Assembly: GCA_001244265.2 (NCBI GenBank)
Contig: CDLV01000006.1
Span: forward strand, 1,612,001-1,676,000
Direction of reading: 5' to 3'
DNA length: 64,000 nt
DNA from: Microbotryum violaceum
Taxonomy: Eukaryota
This document shows, one piece after another, positions 41,070-54,900 of this stretch (positions are counted from its first letter, which is position 1; each line of letters starts with the position of its first letter). The notes beneath the pieces are model-generated. The model saw only the letters and a program-made list of their open reading frames with translations. It did not search any database and was not told the origin of the DNA. The position numbers and the translations under genes were made by a program.

Positions 41070-44000
41070 TTAGCCCGCTAGCGTGCCATTCAACCTCTTC
41101 TCCAGCTCGGACAAGATCTCCCCATCCGTGACAGCGGACAACCACGTCATCCTGAACCCTTCCAAACCACCACAACGTTGAACCACCATGCCCAATTGCT
41201 GCGAAATGAACGTCAAAACTTTGACGCTTCGCACGGGATCGATCCTCGCCAACGCCCCTCGTCGAGTGGTTTCCAACGTATCGACGTAATCGACTTGGGC
41301 GTCGGATTCGACTTCGTACACCTCGGCGGCGCCGAGTTCGTCTTCCTCTGTTTGAGCGAGGACCGAACACCATGTCGAGAGGATCGGGATGAAGTGGTGG
41401 TGTAATGTTGGAGCGAGCGCGGGTGGACAGGTAGAGGTGAGGGACGCAAGCGCGAGTGCGATCAGTTTGCGATGGCCCTCGGAGGAGATAAAGTCGAGCT
41501 GTGCGAATTTTAGCGTCAGCAAGCGTGAAATGAGAAAGACGAGTTCCGAACCTCAGCTCACCTTCTCATTACAAGCAACGATGATGGTCTCCAAGATCGC
41601 AGCTTGGCCCAATCCCGTCCTGGCAGCACTTGCCTCGATCAATTGGAAGAACGTCTCGGGTCCGGCCAAGACGATCCTCGCAAGCGCCAACAAGTACCTC
41701 GTCACCGTCCTCGCCTCCCTTCGATCCTCAGGTTGGGGCCTCATCGCCGTCCATAGTTTGACGAACACGATCGAGTCTTCTAGCTGCGCTGCCCACAGTT
41801 GAATGGGACACGTTTGGAAGATGGTCGTGAGTCCATGGAGAATGACTTTGGTTGGTTCGAATCTGAGGTCCGCTGAATCGTCACCCAAGACGGTCGAGAG
41901 GGCTCGGAACAAATCGCTTGAACAAAGCTGAAGGATCTGAGGCCCGTCAAGAAGGAGGTAGGATTCGAGGATCGCGAGACATCGTGGGAGGATATCGGTT
42001 GCGGCTGCGAGGAGGGTGATGAGCAATGGAATGAGCGCGACTAGTTCCGGTGACAGTGCCGAAGAGCGCTTGAGTAGGGCCTGCCAGAGCTCGAGGCTGT
42101 CTTCTTGCAGGTAGACGTGCGAAGGCTGTCGTGTTCGAATTCGTCAATATCAGTGATCTGCACCATGTGGTAATTCGACACATCGCACCCCAAACTCACC
42201 GATGACGGGGCCGCGCTGTGCTGCACGATAGGACAAACCTGAGCGTGCAACGCCTGTGCTTTATCACCAAGTGCCTGCAAATTCAATCATGATCAGTGCC
42301 AGCTTGACCACAGCAAAATCTTCCGTGCTCACCTCGACGAGCTTGGTCAAAGTCACAATCACCGACACTTGGAAATGGTTCTCTGCCGTTCCCGACCAAA
42401 GCGTAGCGAGGATCCCGGCGAGTTGTGGTGCATAGGGGGCGATCTGGTATGGTCAGATATGTGTCAGCCGAGAGTTGGCCATATCGTCAACCTGCTCTCA
42501 TAGCACGGTCACTCACATAAACGCCGACTCGATCGATTACGATCCCCAGAGCCTGATTCACCCTCATTTGCGTATCACTCGAGGTCACTTCACCCAACAG
42601 CTGCACGACTTCCTCGATCGCACTAGGTAAGAACGGCAAGAAGCTCTGTTGATCAAAGTCCCAGGTATCGCACTTGGACAAACTCGTCGCGGCGGTCAGT
42701 CGAATGGCTTGGTCCGTCGAGGCGTTGCGTCCCAAGAGGTGAACAAGGACCCCATAGACCTGACTTCGCGTCGCGGGGTTGAGGTCCTCACCGACCCAAT
42801 TGCCGACGAGCCAAGCTATCCTTCGGCGAATGATGCGCTCGTTCGGTGACGTCCCATGCGCCTCGGGGATCAACGTCGTCGTTAACCAATTCTCAAAGTC
42901 GATCGATTCTTTGAGGTCGGCAGGGCAGTGCCCCAAAGCGCAGTACACGCCTTCTTTGAACAGCAACGCCTCCCATTCGTTGTTCTGTCCATCCACCGAG
43001 ATGGACCTCCTCAACCATGCCTTCATCATAGGCGCCAAATCGTCCTTGTAGTGCGAGAGCAAGGAACGGAAAACGTATTCCGCGCAAGGACGGAGTTCAA
43101 ACTCTTCCCGATTGGCGGCCTCTTCGTTCATCCATTCCTCGGGGTCGTCTCGCCACTTTTCGAGATCGGTCTGGCGCAAGGGCATCAACCGTGTGACGAG
43201 GATCTCTGCGAACTGGGGAGCAAAATTGGCCGGTAGGCTCGTCAAGGGCGACGTCGAGGCCCAATCGCCTAGGGTGGACCGGAGGAAGAGGAGGAGATGT
43301 ACGACGAGTCGTTCGGGGTAGGGTGAGGTCACCTCATCTGATGCAGACACGACACCCACCATCAGTCTCAAAGGAACCCCTCCAGAACGAGGTTTTTTGT
43401 TCCCACTCACCTGAGATGAGACTCGTATCGACACTAGCCTGCTGAATGATTGAAGAGAAATGGGCCACAATCTGCTCGCTCATACCCATTTTGTCGAGCG
43501 AACCCGGCGCTTGGGTCAGCAGGTTGCGGTAGAGTTTGCAGTAGGAGATGACAAGCTTGGTGAGGTAGCCGAGACGGGGGCAGGTCGGGACCTTGACATG
43601 GCAGGCGGAGAGGATTGAAAAGCGCTCTTCGAACTGGGACCCGAAAGATTCGAGAGTCGAGACAAAGAAAGACTGAATGGAGGGGGGAGGAGTCTAATTG
43701 GGTCAGCTCCCAAGAGAGACAAGGGGATCGTTAGACGGCTCCTCACTGACCTTTGCTCTTTCGTCCTGCGAGGGGTCCTTGAAGCCGTAGACGGTCATTT
43801 TGGACAGTATTTTGAACGCGAGCAGGGTCAACTCGGCTTCTTCAATGTCGTCCCCTCTGTAGCCAAGGTCCGCCGCCGTTAAGGGGGTGCCTTTGCACCA
43901 CCCATGTTCTGCCAATCTTGCTCGGGCCATTCCCAGGGTTGCGACGTGCGTTTGGTGAACGGTGGAGAATAAGATATCGGTAAAGAGGCCGATTATGGTT

Positions 44001-44885
44001 CGCCCACGCAGAGTGCGGTTCGACGAGAGGGATTTGACGGTCTGGTGGATGTAGAGCAGCGTTCGATGGACGACCAAACGAGCATATCGAGCGTCTTGGC
44101 TGGTGAGTCCGACTTGGAGTGACTGGAGCAAGGACAGCGGCAACTGTTCCCTGTAGACGCATGATCATCACCCAAAAGACACCGGTCAATGTTTTTTGCT
44201 CGTTTTGTGATTCTCGTAAGCGCGTACCAGTCTGTGCCATACTCGAGTCTTGCGATCTTGCCGATCGAAAGCGCCACCGTTTTGGCGAGCTTTTCGGCAG
44301 GAGAAAGGAAAAAAACGAAAGAGCGCGCGTCAACGGAAGCACGGAAGCACGGAAGGGGACGAAAGCTCTGAACCACCAACGCACCACTCGATCAGGCACA
44401 TCGACCATGGCCAGCAGCTTTGATCGGATCGCTGCCTTCTCCTCGTCACTCAAAGGGCTGAGAAAGCCGCGACGAGTTATCAGCTGTACGACTCGACCTG
44501 CGTGCGATATTGACTGCCACCTGCGAGCTCACTTGATCGCTGTCTTTCTCCACTGTCGATCGACACCGTTCTTGAACTGCACCCCGGCCTGCAACTTGAT
44601 CTGTCGATCCAGGTTCGCACTCGTGCCGGCGCTCGCACTCGCATTCGCATTCGCATTCGCATCCGTCACCGGCTCGCGGCACGAGAAGATGGTCACCAGC
44701 GCATCGTAGTAGCCCGGATGGGTCGTGAGGGATTGCAGTTGGTCCGACGCATTCTTTCGTGCGGTCGGGTCGGGGGAGAGTGCCGAGGCCAAGGCGGGGA
44801 GGACGTGTTGCACCAACGGGGAGCTCGACGACGAAGCCAACGAGGGCGACGACGACGACTGTTCAGCCCCAGATCCGTTCGCCAT
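41070..44885 (-). CDS. KAP120: Importin-11 / Kap120 karyopherin-beta
   Basis: IBN_N region (LQAGVQFKNGVDRQWRK..EEKAAIRSKLL..IGKIARLEYGTDW); DLEKWRDDPEEW..LRPCAE; KEGVYCALG; RIIRRRIAWLVGNWV; HRKLIALAL. Confidence 0.85.
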
Positions 44886-45247
44886 AGCTAGAACACCACC
44901 GAAGTTTACAAAAGTCGATCGCACGTTCGACAGTGAGAGGATCCAAAGAAAAGGTGCGGCGAGACCGACGTGGGGGGAAGGAGAGAAAGAGAAGAGAGAG
45001 AGAGAGCCAACTCTGCACCGGTCGCTCTAGTCCATTGCCCGACTTCTCGGAGAGGCTTCCTCCACTAAGACCTCTACTGTGGAAGGGAGCTCCCTGAACC
45101 TTTGTTCGTGTGATTTAGAAAACAACATCGTCGCCCGACACTGCATCCGGGCCAGGTATTTACCACAGAGCATCAAGATTTGACGGAAAAGGAACAAAGC
45201 GCCGACGGTTCTGCTGAAAGCACCCATCGTGCCCTTTTCTGCGCTTT

Positions 45248-48133
45248 CTACATCAACTTCCTGGCCAGTTCCCGATAATGGGCCACCTCGGATTGGCTCT
45301 TGGAATGACTCGTATTGCTTCCCCCCTGGCGTTCGCACGGAAAGAAACTGTATCAGCCCAGCCCAGCACTCCATAAGAAACGAGAACCCCGGACCAGCGC
45401 GCCGAAATAAACTCACCGACAAGATCGCTCCAATCTCTTGGTAGTGCGCCTTCAAGAACAAACCCCTCTTGTCCGGATCCTGGATCTTGTCCGCTTGATG
45501 AACCAACAACTTGTCGACTTCGTTCCTCAGTTTGATCAGATGATCAAACACCACAGGAAGTTGATCCTCTCCGATCGGTCCACTGGTTTGGACTCGAGTC
45601 GGATCATCACTACCTTCCATCAAAGTCGTTGCTTTGGAGGTAGTGCAAGTTCCAACCACGAGTTCAAGAACGGCATTGAACATCTCCGCATACCTTTTAA
45701 TGATGATTCTCACCACCGAATCCTTGACCGCCCCACCCGTTCTCCCACCCGTCATGGTCCCAAACATACTCGCCATCGAAGAAGTTGTTCCCGAACCCGA
45801 ACCATTGATAGCTTTGATCGAATCAAGCTCGTTCTCCATTGAGCTGATGAAGAGAGGCCAGAGTTGCATGCGGATGGAGATGAGGTGCGTTTCCATCGCT
45901 GGACAGGTTGGGGTGGAGGGAACGATGAGTTGGGGTGGTTGTTCGGCTTCGTCTTGCATTTGTTGGAGCATGGCGGTCGAGTTGATCACTTGGACGGGTG
46001 GTGCGGAAACGAGTCGGTTTAGGAGCGCTTCGTTGAGACGTATCATGGAGAGCAGGGCGATGGGCGAAGGTGGGAAAGCAGGGTCGAGCAAGGCGGCCGT
46101 AAAGTTCTAACATCATCATCCTCGCGCATGTGAGTCACTGCCTCCTCCTTCATAGACAGCGAGTTAAAAACACTCACCCTCATGTATTCCTGAGCGGGTT
46201 CCATAATCAACTTCCACAAACCCCCCACAACGGTCCTATTCAGCCTCCCACTCTTCTCCTCCCTTGTCGTTGTCGTCATCCAATTCGAAATCGACATCGA
46301 CAAACCCGAATTCGACTTGAGCTCCAACTCGAACTGACTACCTGATTCATCCTCGCCCAAAGGTGTCCTCGTTCCCGCTTGTCCAGGTCCGGAGACGGAG
46401 ATCCAACTCGCCGTGGAAGTGTCCCCCGCGCCAGGCACCTTGGCTCCATTCCCACCCTCGGCAGCGAACAAGGAAGGCGTCCTAGGCTCATTGACGTTCA
46501 ATGACGAATGTGTACCGAAAAAGGTCGATAGGAACGCATACTCCGTTTCGGCGTTGTCGGACATGACCAACGAAGCGGAGCGAAATAGGTATTCGGGCGA
46601 AGGTTTGATCGTCGTTGAGGTCTTGTCGGTCGGAGCGACAGTCATGATCGGTGGACCCCCTTCGATCCTCGAGTTGGCGATCGCAGAGTTCAAGTCTCCC
46701 GTCGCAGAAGTGAAAGTCGCCGAGAGATGTTGACTCGCCGGTCTCTTGGCGAGTAAGGACAAGCCTCCATCCGCTCCTGCTCCGACGACACCGATCGGCT
46801 CGGGGACTTGAACGCCCTTGACCCTAACTTTTTCCAATGTTCGGACGTAGCGTCGGAAACCGGTCTCGTAGTACCATCTCATCGTGTTCGTGTAGGCTTT
46901 CTGAAACTCGTGCGCTTGACGAGCGGCGTGACGACGCAGGAAATCAAAGAGGGGTTTGAGGGGGAGGAGGACGAACGTTTGCAGCGAGGAGAGGGGCGAG
47001 TTGATGGAAGTTGTGAAGGGCTTGATGAGCGAGATCAAGTGCGTCAAGATCTTTTGCGCGGCCTATCTCGAGTACGTCGCGTCAACTGCTGCGATCGCAA
47101 TGGGTCAGGCCGTACGGGAACTCACAGCCACACGAAGAGCCTCCGCAATCTCATCCAATGCTTTGCGAGCCTGGATCCTGGGACCACTCCTGATGGCGCC
47201 TAGCTTTTGGTCGAGCTCGGGGATGGCATCGATCCAGTGGTCGCCCACGGGTGTTTCGATGATGGTGTGGATCAGAGGTGGGGAGAGGGTGATGGATTCG
47301 AGATAGGGGTGGAGCGAACGTTCAACGGCCTGTGGAGAACATGGTGGGGCGAAGAGACGCATCGATCAGTACCAGCTTCGGATACGGCGCCTGAGGTGGA
47401 TGAGGGTTGCATACCTTTCTAGCCTGCAGTCGCCCTTCGATCGTTTTGCTGCGCCCCTGAAGTTCAGCGACGTGGCCCGAGACGGCCGAGAGGTCCTTCT
47501 GGAACGTCGACAGGAACGCGGACAGATCTTTCAAGAGGCTCGTACTTGTCTGTGATGCGAAGCAGAGCGGGCCATCAATACGGAGCACTGTTGCACGTGA
47601 TGACCAGACCGCCCACAAACTCACGTCGACCTGTTCGTTCAATTCGACAAACTCATGCGCTCGATCGAGGTCTGACGGAGTTGCAACACCGAGTTCAGCT
47701 CTTGAGCTGCTTTCCACGTGGCTCCAAATCTCTTTCGAAAAGACACACAATCTCTATCCTGCTGTCGTTCGAATGCCTGTTGCTCCTGCAAGGCGTCGAC
47801 ATAGGCGGCGCGCACGTCGGTGCCGAGCTCTTTGGCTGCCCCGGCCCAGTTCGGGTAGACTGTGGGGGTTCGGTCAACATGGAGATCTGCTAGCGATACA
47901 GCGTGCGATGAAACTTGCGATCTGGGTTGAGGTTGGGATCGGTGGCCAAGCTGGTCTGTGGGTTAGGTATTAGGTGGCCACGGAGGTGGGTAGCGGTGAC
48001 GAGTCAGAGTCACGGTCGGGGGAAGGGACGTCGAATCCGCGGGAGGCGAACTTACGCCGGTCAGTTTGGAGGTGGAAGCGAACGTTCCACCTTGGGAAGG
48101 GGAGAAGCCAATCAACTCCGAGAGGGTCGCCAT
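45248..48133 (-). CDS. VPS52: GARP complex subunit Vps52/Sac2
   Basis: LLKDLSAFLSTFQKDLSAVSGHVAELQGRSKTIEGRL..; EFQKAYTNTMRWYYETGFRRY; FRSASLVMSDNAETEYAFLSTFF; ALLSMIRLNE; RMQLWPLF; last exon ..EVAHYRELARKLM*. Confidence 0.9.
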
Positions 48134-50051
48134 CGTGGGGCCGAGGTGTGGTCCAGCGCGCTGAGGTGGAGGGAGCGAGGCGTGGTGCAGGGGAGGGAGA
48201 GCGAGGGAGACGTGGGGGGACCCGCTGACTGAGCCAGACTGAGCCCGCGGCTGCAAGTGGCCCAAGGAGCCGAGTCTGAGCGCTCTGAGCACTGTGGGGT
48301 GAACTGCGCCAGGTAGCCGAGACGTGACGCTGAGCTGAGCGGAGTAAAAGGCAGGCGCACGTTCGAATTTCAAATCCGTGGTGCATGCGCATCTCGATAC
48401 GTGCACTCAAAAACTACAAAACACGAAAAGGGTTGACGAGGGAGGCTCGGTTATTTGCCAAGCGCCGGTCCAGTTGAGTTGCGGAGTACGACTTAGCACT
48501 TCAATGGGAGGAGTGTGAAGATCCGTTACTGACGCTGGGTGGGAGATGGGCAGGTAGGAGAGAAGGCGCGTCTGCCCGACGGACGGTGAGACAGCACAGG
48601 TCGAAACCTGCAGCACGGGTTGGGATCTCGACTCGACGAGCCGAAACGCCCGATTCGCAGCCGCCAGCCGAGGTGGAAGGACGGTGCCAGCTGCCACGCC
48701 TTGCCGCCACGCCTTGCCAGGTGCGGGGGGTTTGCAGTGCTCAGTCGAACTCCGGGGTAACCCTCGATTCAAGCTCGGAGATCTCGGACACGTCCTCCTT
48801 GGGTCTGCAGCAGCCGTGGAAGAGGCCTTGCGAATCCGCCGCGTTTTCCATGAGACCAAAAAGTGGACACAGCCACGCAATAAGAGACTGACGAGCGTGT
48901 AATCCAACCGTCAGTTAATTGCAACAAAAGTGGCTGTGAAGCTAAACATGCGTACCTGACGAGCGTGTACTCTAACCGTGGAGAGAAGACAACGGTTGGT
49001 GCGCATCGTCAGGCTTCACTAAACAGACGAGCGCTTCTAACCAGATTGCCAATGAGCGCGCCATTCCTAACCCTCATTCCCAACACACCAACTCGCGCTT
49101 TCTCCCAACGTTCAGTGCGCGAAGTCGTAGACTTGACGAGTTCAGAAAAGGGGCCAGCCAGGTCAGGCTACGGTTCTGCCTATCAGTATCTGGTCATTCA
49201 GGGCAGTTAGTCCGTAGGTGACAGCTAAAAATGTAGTAAACTAAAAAGGACTCATTTATTTTCATTTAAATATCTCACCAATTGCCTACCCATCTGTTTA
49301 CACTTCACAAGCCGACCGTAGATCAACAGGATGTGTCCGAGGCGCTCCGAGCGAGAATCGCAGATCGTTTACCCCAGGGCCGCCAGCGCATTCTGCAATT
49401 CTGCGCGCGCACATGAAATGCATAAAGGCGGCGTGCCCTCGAATGCCGCGGCTCCAACCGCTGTTCGGTCAAGACAGGGAAATGGCGTTGAATGCATAGA
49501 AAAACACCTTCTTTTTTGATACAGGCTTTACGTTGATCACGAGCCATGGGCTGTGCCCGGGTTTTTTATCCTCATTGCCTGCGGCATCGATGAGCTGAGC
49601 GCGTCAAAATCGATTGGCTCGGTTGCAAACAGCTTTTGGGGTGGTGTTTACCCCGCCGTTTTCTGAAGCGAGGCGGGCATCAGTGGGCTTCCGTGCACCC
49701 CGAAGAGCCGATGAGAGACAAATAAATTGACGAGAGCCCGTAAATTAATGAGGATTTACCCGTTTCCAAGCCTTGTATCTGAAAAGACATTATAGGAGCC
49801 CTTCTTCTCGCCCGCAGCCGCCGCCCGGGAATCCCCCCAACCCTGGGCCAGATCAGTTGCGTAGGGAGTTAGTATACAGGTAGCTGTGCCCGAAAGGTAA
49901 CGATAGCCCCACTCACCCTCTGCGAAAAGTACCTCGAGGTGAATTAACGCCCGCGGTCGGTCCGTGCGCCACCGTCTGGACCCCTTTTCAGTATAGCATG
50001 CTCGTCTCGCCGAACCGAGCGTCTTCGCAGGCTTGGACTCGTACTATCAAA

Positions 50052-50174
50052 GTTCCTCAGATAAGTTCTACTATCGTTGTTCCTCGGGCCAATATCAATG
50101 TTCCTCGGGTCAGTATTATTCTCGATGTTCCTCAGGTCAGTATTACTATCGATGTTCCTCAGGTAAGTATCAAG
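50052..50174. repeat. Minisatellite of 27/21-bp units (GTTCCTCAGGTCAGTATTACTATCGAT), 5 copies
   Basis: Units start at 50052, 50079, 50100, 50127 and 50154. Confidence 0.85.
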
Positions 50175-50386
50175 GTTGACCACATGAAAACGGCTTAACT
50201 GCACGCGCGGACATTGACGCCGGAGGACAGGGGCTCGTTCGCCTACCACGACGCCCAAGCAGGGTCACGGTTAAGAAACTGATTGACAACCCCACTGTAC
50301 AACTTAGGAGCTGCTACATCTAATTCTCTGCTCGAGAATCAGGTGTCCCACGCGCGAGCGACTGGGCTCGGCACGATAATTGTTTC

Positions 50387-50464
50387 CTGACTTTGACTTT
50401 GACTCAAACTCGACCCGACTTCGACTCTGACCCGACTTTGACCCGACTTCGACCCGACTCGGAC
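50387..50464. repeat. Degenerate GAC(T/C)-based short tandem repeat (GACCCGACTT(C/T) units)
   Basis: tgactttgactttgactc..cgacccgacttcgactctgacccgactttgacccgacttcgacccgactc. Confidence 0.7.
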
Positions 50465-50641
50465 GCGCGTCTCGCGACGCTCTACGCGGCCGCGGCAAGT
50501 TGAAAGAGCACCTCAAGCCCTCCCTTGGATTCAATGTATTCGGTGCAAGTTGCGTCACATCATGCATGCGTCGACCTGCCTGGCTGGCTTGTTTTGCATG
50601 GTCATGCTGAGCTGGATTTCTCGCGGAGCGCCTGCCTGTGT

Positions 50642-51671
50642 GACAAGGCTACTAGTACGCTTAAACTTAGTGAGTTAACTAACTACGCCACCGCAAATAG
50701 TTAACTAACTATCCCAACTATTGAGGCATAGTTGATAGTCAGTTCGTTCGTGTCGGAGGATACCATAGTTAATTATTGTAACTATGGCAACTATATAGGG
50801 GTCGCCGAGGACTGTCGGGGCAAGGAGCATTGGCCGAGATGGCGACGACGACTTCGACCGCCGGCGATGCGGAACGCGCCTTTTCCGCTGGGCGCCTCTG
50901 TACCATTAATTAACTGCAACACGCCACTTCCGGATCCATCTTGAATGCCAAGATGTGCGTTGGAAGTGGGTCGGCGCCGTTGCTGATGATGACGCTGCTC
51001 GTAAGAAATTGATTGATCGGCGAGTTACGATGATACTTACTCCTGAGTTTATTTTGTTGTCCTGCCGCACCTTCCGGTCTCATCACTGACTCCAACTCTG
51101 CATACACAATTTGGCATATCTACAGCTATCGTCAGATTGTCATACAGTGCGCAGCCCTCAAAGGTCGTGCCCGCCAAGAGGCGCGCCACAGGAACTAGAG
51201 AAACAATTTAGCTCGATGATGATGATGAGGTGTAGGTCTGTCATGTAGAATCTCGTCCAAATGACAGATTACCGCGTCAATGGTTGTTTCAAGAGTAGTT
51301 TATACCGCTGAGTTCATACACACTATACTATTACACTATCATAAGAGGGTAGTTTGAGAGCATGGCATCGAGCGGCTCTCATAAGTCGGTGGCAGAACCA
51401 GAGAATCAATAGGCTCAATACAACCAAACAATTGCAGTCTACTGCTGAGCCGTATGGGGTCATTGCCTTGGGTAAGCCCTCAACGACGCTCGGCGTGCGC
51501 CATTATTAGGGGCCATTTTGATAGTTTTTCATAGTTAACTATCCCAACTATAGTTAGTTAACCAACTATTGGGTCATAGTTGATAGTTAGATAGTTGTGG
51601 CTGGAAGGTGGGATTTTACACATAGTTAAATAACTAACTACGGAGCAACTAAGCTTAAGCGTAGCCTTGTC
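50642..51671. mobile_element. Non-autonomous TIR DNA transposon (~1.03 kb, MITE/hAT-like architecture)
   Basis: Left end GACAAGGCTAC(TAGTAC)GCTTAAACTTAGT; right end reverse complement GACAAGGCTACGCTTAAGCTTAGT. Both subterminal regions are packed with AACTA/TAGTT motifs. No transposase ORF and no clean TSD seen. Confidence 0.7.
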
Positions 51672-51952
51672 GGTGTGTGATGTTGAAACCGACCCCACAC
51701 CTTAGTAAAAGCGTCCACTGGCTGGCAGGTCAAATCGTAGCGCACCCCGTTGATTCGTCGAGCGTCGTTGTTTGATGACTCGAGAACCAGCAGTGCGACT
51801 CAGGAGGTCGGCCTTAGCTTCATGGCCAGCTTAAGGGTTGGCCTCAAGGTCAATCATTGAGTCAAGAAAGGTTCCAGAGGGTGAATTGGGTTAAATCGCA
51901 TCAGGCTGAAGGCTTGAGGTCAATAGGGGGAAGGAGTTGTGTATTTATGTTA

Positions 51953-54900
51953 TTACGACAATCCTATGAGCGACATGACGACCCAAAGAAGATCCTCTAT
52001 CCTCGCTTTAACCTCTGACTGCATCCGCTGCACAAGGGTGACAAGCGCTGTACCAATGGTTGGAGCTGGGGATAGGTTAATGTTTGAAAAGGGCCGGGGA
52101 ATAGGGGTCTCATCGGAGAGAGGGCTGGGACTCGGCGGAGAGGGAATGTCCTCCACTTCTATCGGAGCAGGTGTGTGTGCTGGCGCCGAGGGTGCCGCTG
52201 TCGGAGATACAACGGGAGCAGCATCGAGGGTGAGGATCGGTAAGACCTCGGTGTGGACGCCCGCAGACGACAGAGGTACTGCGGGGAATGAAGACGGCGC
52301 CGAGGACTTCGACTGCGTGGCCAGCTCATACATTGAAGCGAATGACTCGAGGCGGGCGATGGAGCCCAACAGAATCGAAGCGAGCATAGCCAGAAGTGGC
52401 CAAGTCCATGGACGGGACGTGTTCCTGAGGTTCTTTTGTGGTACAACTTGGTTGTCGAGTTCGAGGGCCGGGATCGGAGAAAGTGGCGGCGTCCCCACCG
52501 CAGACGCGGGTGAGCCGAGCGCTTGCAAAGCTAGAGGTGATGGCGAGCGTAGGATGGTCGGCGAGGACACAAAACCGACGCTCGTGCTTGGTGATGCGGG
52601 CGGTGTGGCGACCTTGGCCTCGAGGTGGACGGAAAGTTTGGACATGTCCCGTGGAGCGATTTGGAATTTTGAGAACGTTGTCGGCTTGCCTTCGACTACA
52701 GGCGTGGCCGAGTCAAAAGTCTGCCCGTCCATTTTCAGATCGTACCCTGTAACACAACAATGTCTGGGCTCCTTGACCTTTTTCTCGGCGTGGGTCACAT
52801 CGCATGAATCGTTGATTCACCTGCGACAGGAACGACTTCAACCTCCATGCTGGCAACTTTGACATTGAAAGCGGGCAAGATGTCACCAATCTCGACACTA
52901 TCGCCTTCCTGCACCATTTCAACCTTGTACAACATCTCCTTCATCCCCCCCTGGCGTTGACGTGCCTCTCTCGGCGACTCGCGCACCGTCATCCGATTAT
53001 TCGACACTTCCCCTTCGACGAAGACCTTCCCCTCCCTCGTTTCCGTTTCCACCTCGGTCGAAAGACCGCGAGCATCCCACGTGTCGCACACTTCGACTTT
53101 CTGATCACTCCCGCCTCGAAGGGGAAGCTCGAGTGATCCGACTGGCCTGGCGAGTGTGAGATGACTGAACAGCCGCCACGGCTGATAGAGTGCTAAAGGC
53201 GGCACGGGCGTGATTCTCAGCTTGACGAGACCCAAATTTGAAGCCGCGAGCCCCACGAGGGAGGAAGAAGACATGCGGTGCCCCAAAGTGAGCGAAGGTT
53301 GTGAGGCCTGCGATCGAAGGGACTGCGTCGAGGTCGTGCGACGAAGCAATGGCGGTAAAGCTCGCTTGCGCGCAGACCCTCTTCGAGCTCGGGCCAGGGA
53401 AGGAGATGCCTCGTCCTCGGCGGCGGAGCCATCGGGAGAAGAGTCCATGTCGTCGAGGTCGATCCGAATCTTGGCCGGAGAGGGTTGAGCCACCGGACGA
53501 GTGACGATCTCGATCTCGACCAGCTCGTGCTGCTCTAGCGCATCCTCGTCCGAAGCGTGTCGTTCCGTTCTCCAGCGAGCTTTACCCCCTGCGGCGGGCA
53601 AGGGCGAGTCGAACTGGGATCGCTCGAAATCGCCGTCGAGCATTGAGTTCGAGGCTAGCATCTCGACGCTTCGACCATCGCCGGCTGAAACCGAAACGAC
53701 GGCATCTTCTTGCGCAGCAGCGGCGATTGAAAAGTTGGGCAGGACGAGGCGTAGTGAGCCAACCGAGTTGGAAGAAGGGCTGGACTCTGCAACCTCCGTC
53801 GAAGATCGCAGTGGGCCCGATGCGAAGTCGAGGGCCATTTCAAACGCAAACGCAGGATTTGGCATGGCTTCGGGCGTCAAAAGGGTGTTGAGATCTAGTT
53901 GGACGCGAACGATGGTTTGCTGTACAGTGCTAGGCTCATCGTCACTGTCGCTATCGGCTTCTCTGATCTCCTCGCCGGGCTCGGGCTCCGGCTCGGACGA
54001 GCTAGTCAACCACGAGTCGATCAAAGCGGCCCTTTGGGGTGTGACGAAGCCCGCAATCTCCATCTGTATTGCCTCGGATACGAGACGCTCATTTTCGGAA
54101 GTGTCCTCGAGCGAGTCGTCAATAGAATCATCCGCCTGCGAAGGAAACGGCGCCACCTGCCGCAGAAGACTCGGCTCCTTCAGCTTGGCTTGCACGCGCT
54201 CGGGATCGATGCGTGCGGCCAGGCCAGGGTTGATCTCGGGTGCTTCGGGCGCAGTCGTGTCGAATAGCGAGGTGTAGGAGAGAGGGCGACTTTCAGCGAT
54301 ACCAATGGCGCGAGGTCGAGCCTGCGTGGTCGGGGTCGCATGCGCCATCGACTGCACCGCTAGGGGAGTTTTACATGGCTGACGTTTGGTGCGAGTCCGT
54401 GTCATCGTGCTCGGAGATGCCGCGACGTCCCATTTGAGCACGCCTGCACCCCTAACTTCTGCCACTTGTACGACATCCCTCTGGTCCACATTTTCACGAG
54501 CGAGATGCGAAATGAAGATTTCAATCCATCGTTTGCCCTTAAGCCCCGCATAGTCAAAGTCGCCCGTGCACGCGAGCATGGCTCGACCGGTGCCCGTCGG
54601 CCCAATGTTCCATCTCACATCGAAGTGCGAATGTGGGATGATGAAATCGGCTGGAGGCCAGTCAAGCCGGATCCCAAGACAGCACGACAGAGGACGTCGA
54701 CTTGAACGATGCGGTGAACGAGGTCGTGGGCAAGGACGTGACGGTGGAAAGTTTGCTCGAGAGGTTCCGCAGATCCGGCTTCATCGAGAGACCCCACTGG
54801 CCCTCAGTAGACGCGGACAAAGAAGTCGAAGCTATCGACGACGGCGAGGGTAGCTCGAATGTCAAGAGAGTGCGTAGACACGCCGGTCGGGGATCACGAC

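Noticed and set aside
48887-48979. 25-bp direct repeat CTGACGAGCGTGTA.TC.AACCGT, two copies
   Set aside because: Real but only two copies, with no associated feature or interpretable function.
49066-49074. CCTAACCCT as a possible telomerase RNA template in a gene-free region
   Set aside because: A 9-mer of the telomeric repeat is easily found by chance in several kb, and no convincing pseudoknot or other TER element was seen.
49558-49762. Short inverted repeat (CGGGT..ATCCTCATT / AATGAGGAT..ACCCG) as a MITE or structured RNA
   Set aside because: Only 9 bp of perfect match, no TSD and no supporting internal pairing.
50052-50174. CRISPR-like repeat array
   Set aside because: The units are directly tandem with no unique spacers, the context is eukaryotic, and there are no cas genes.
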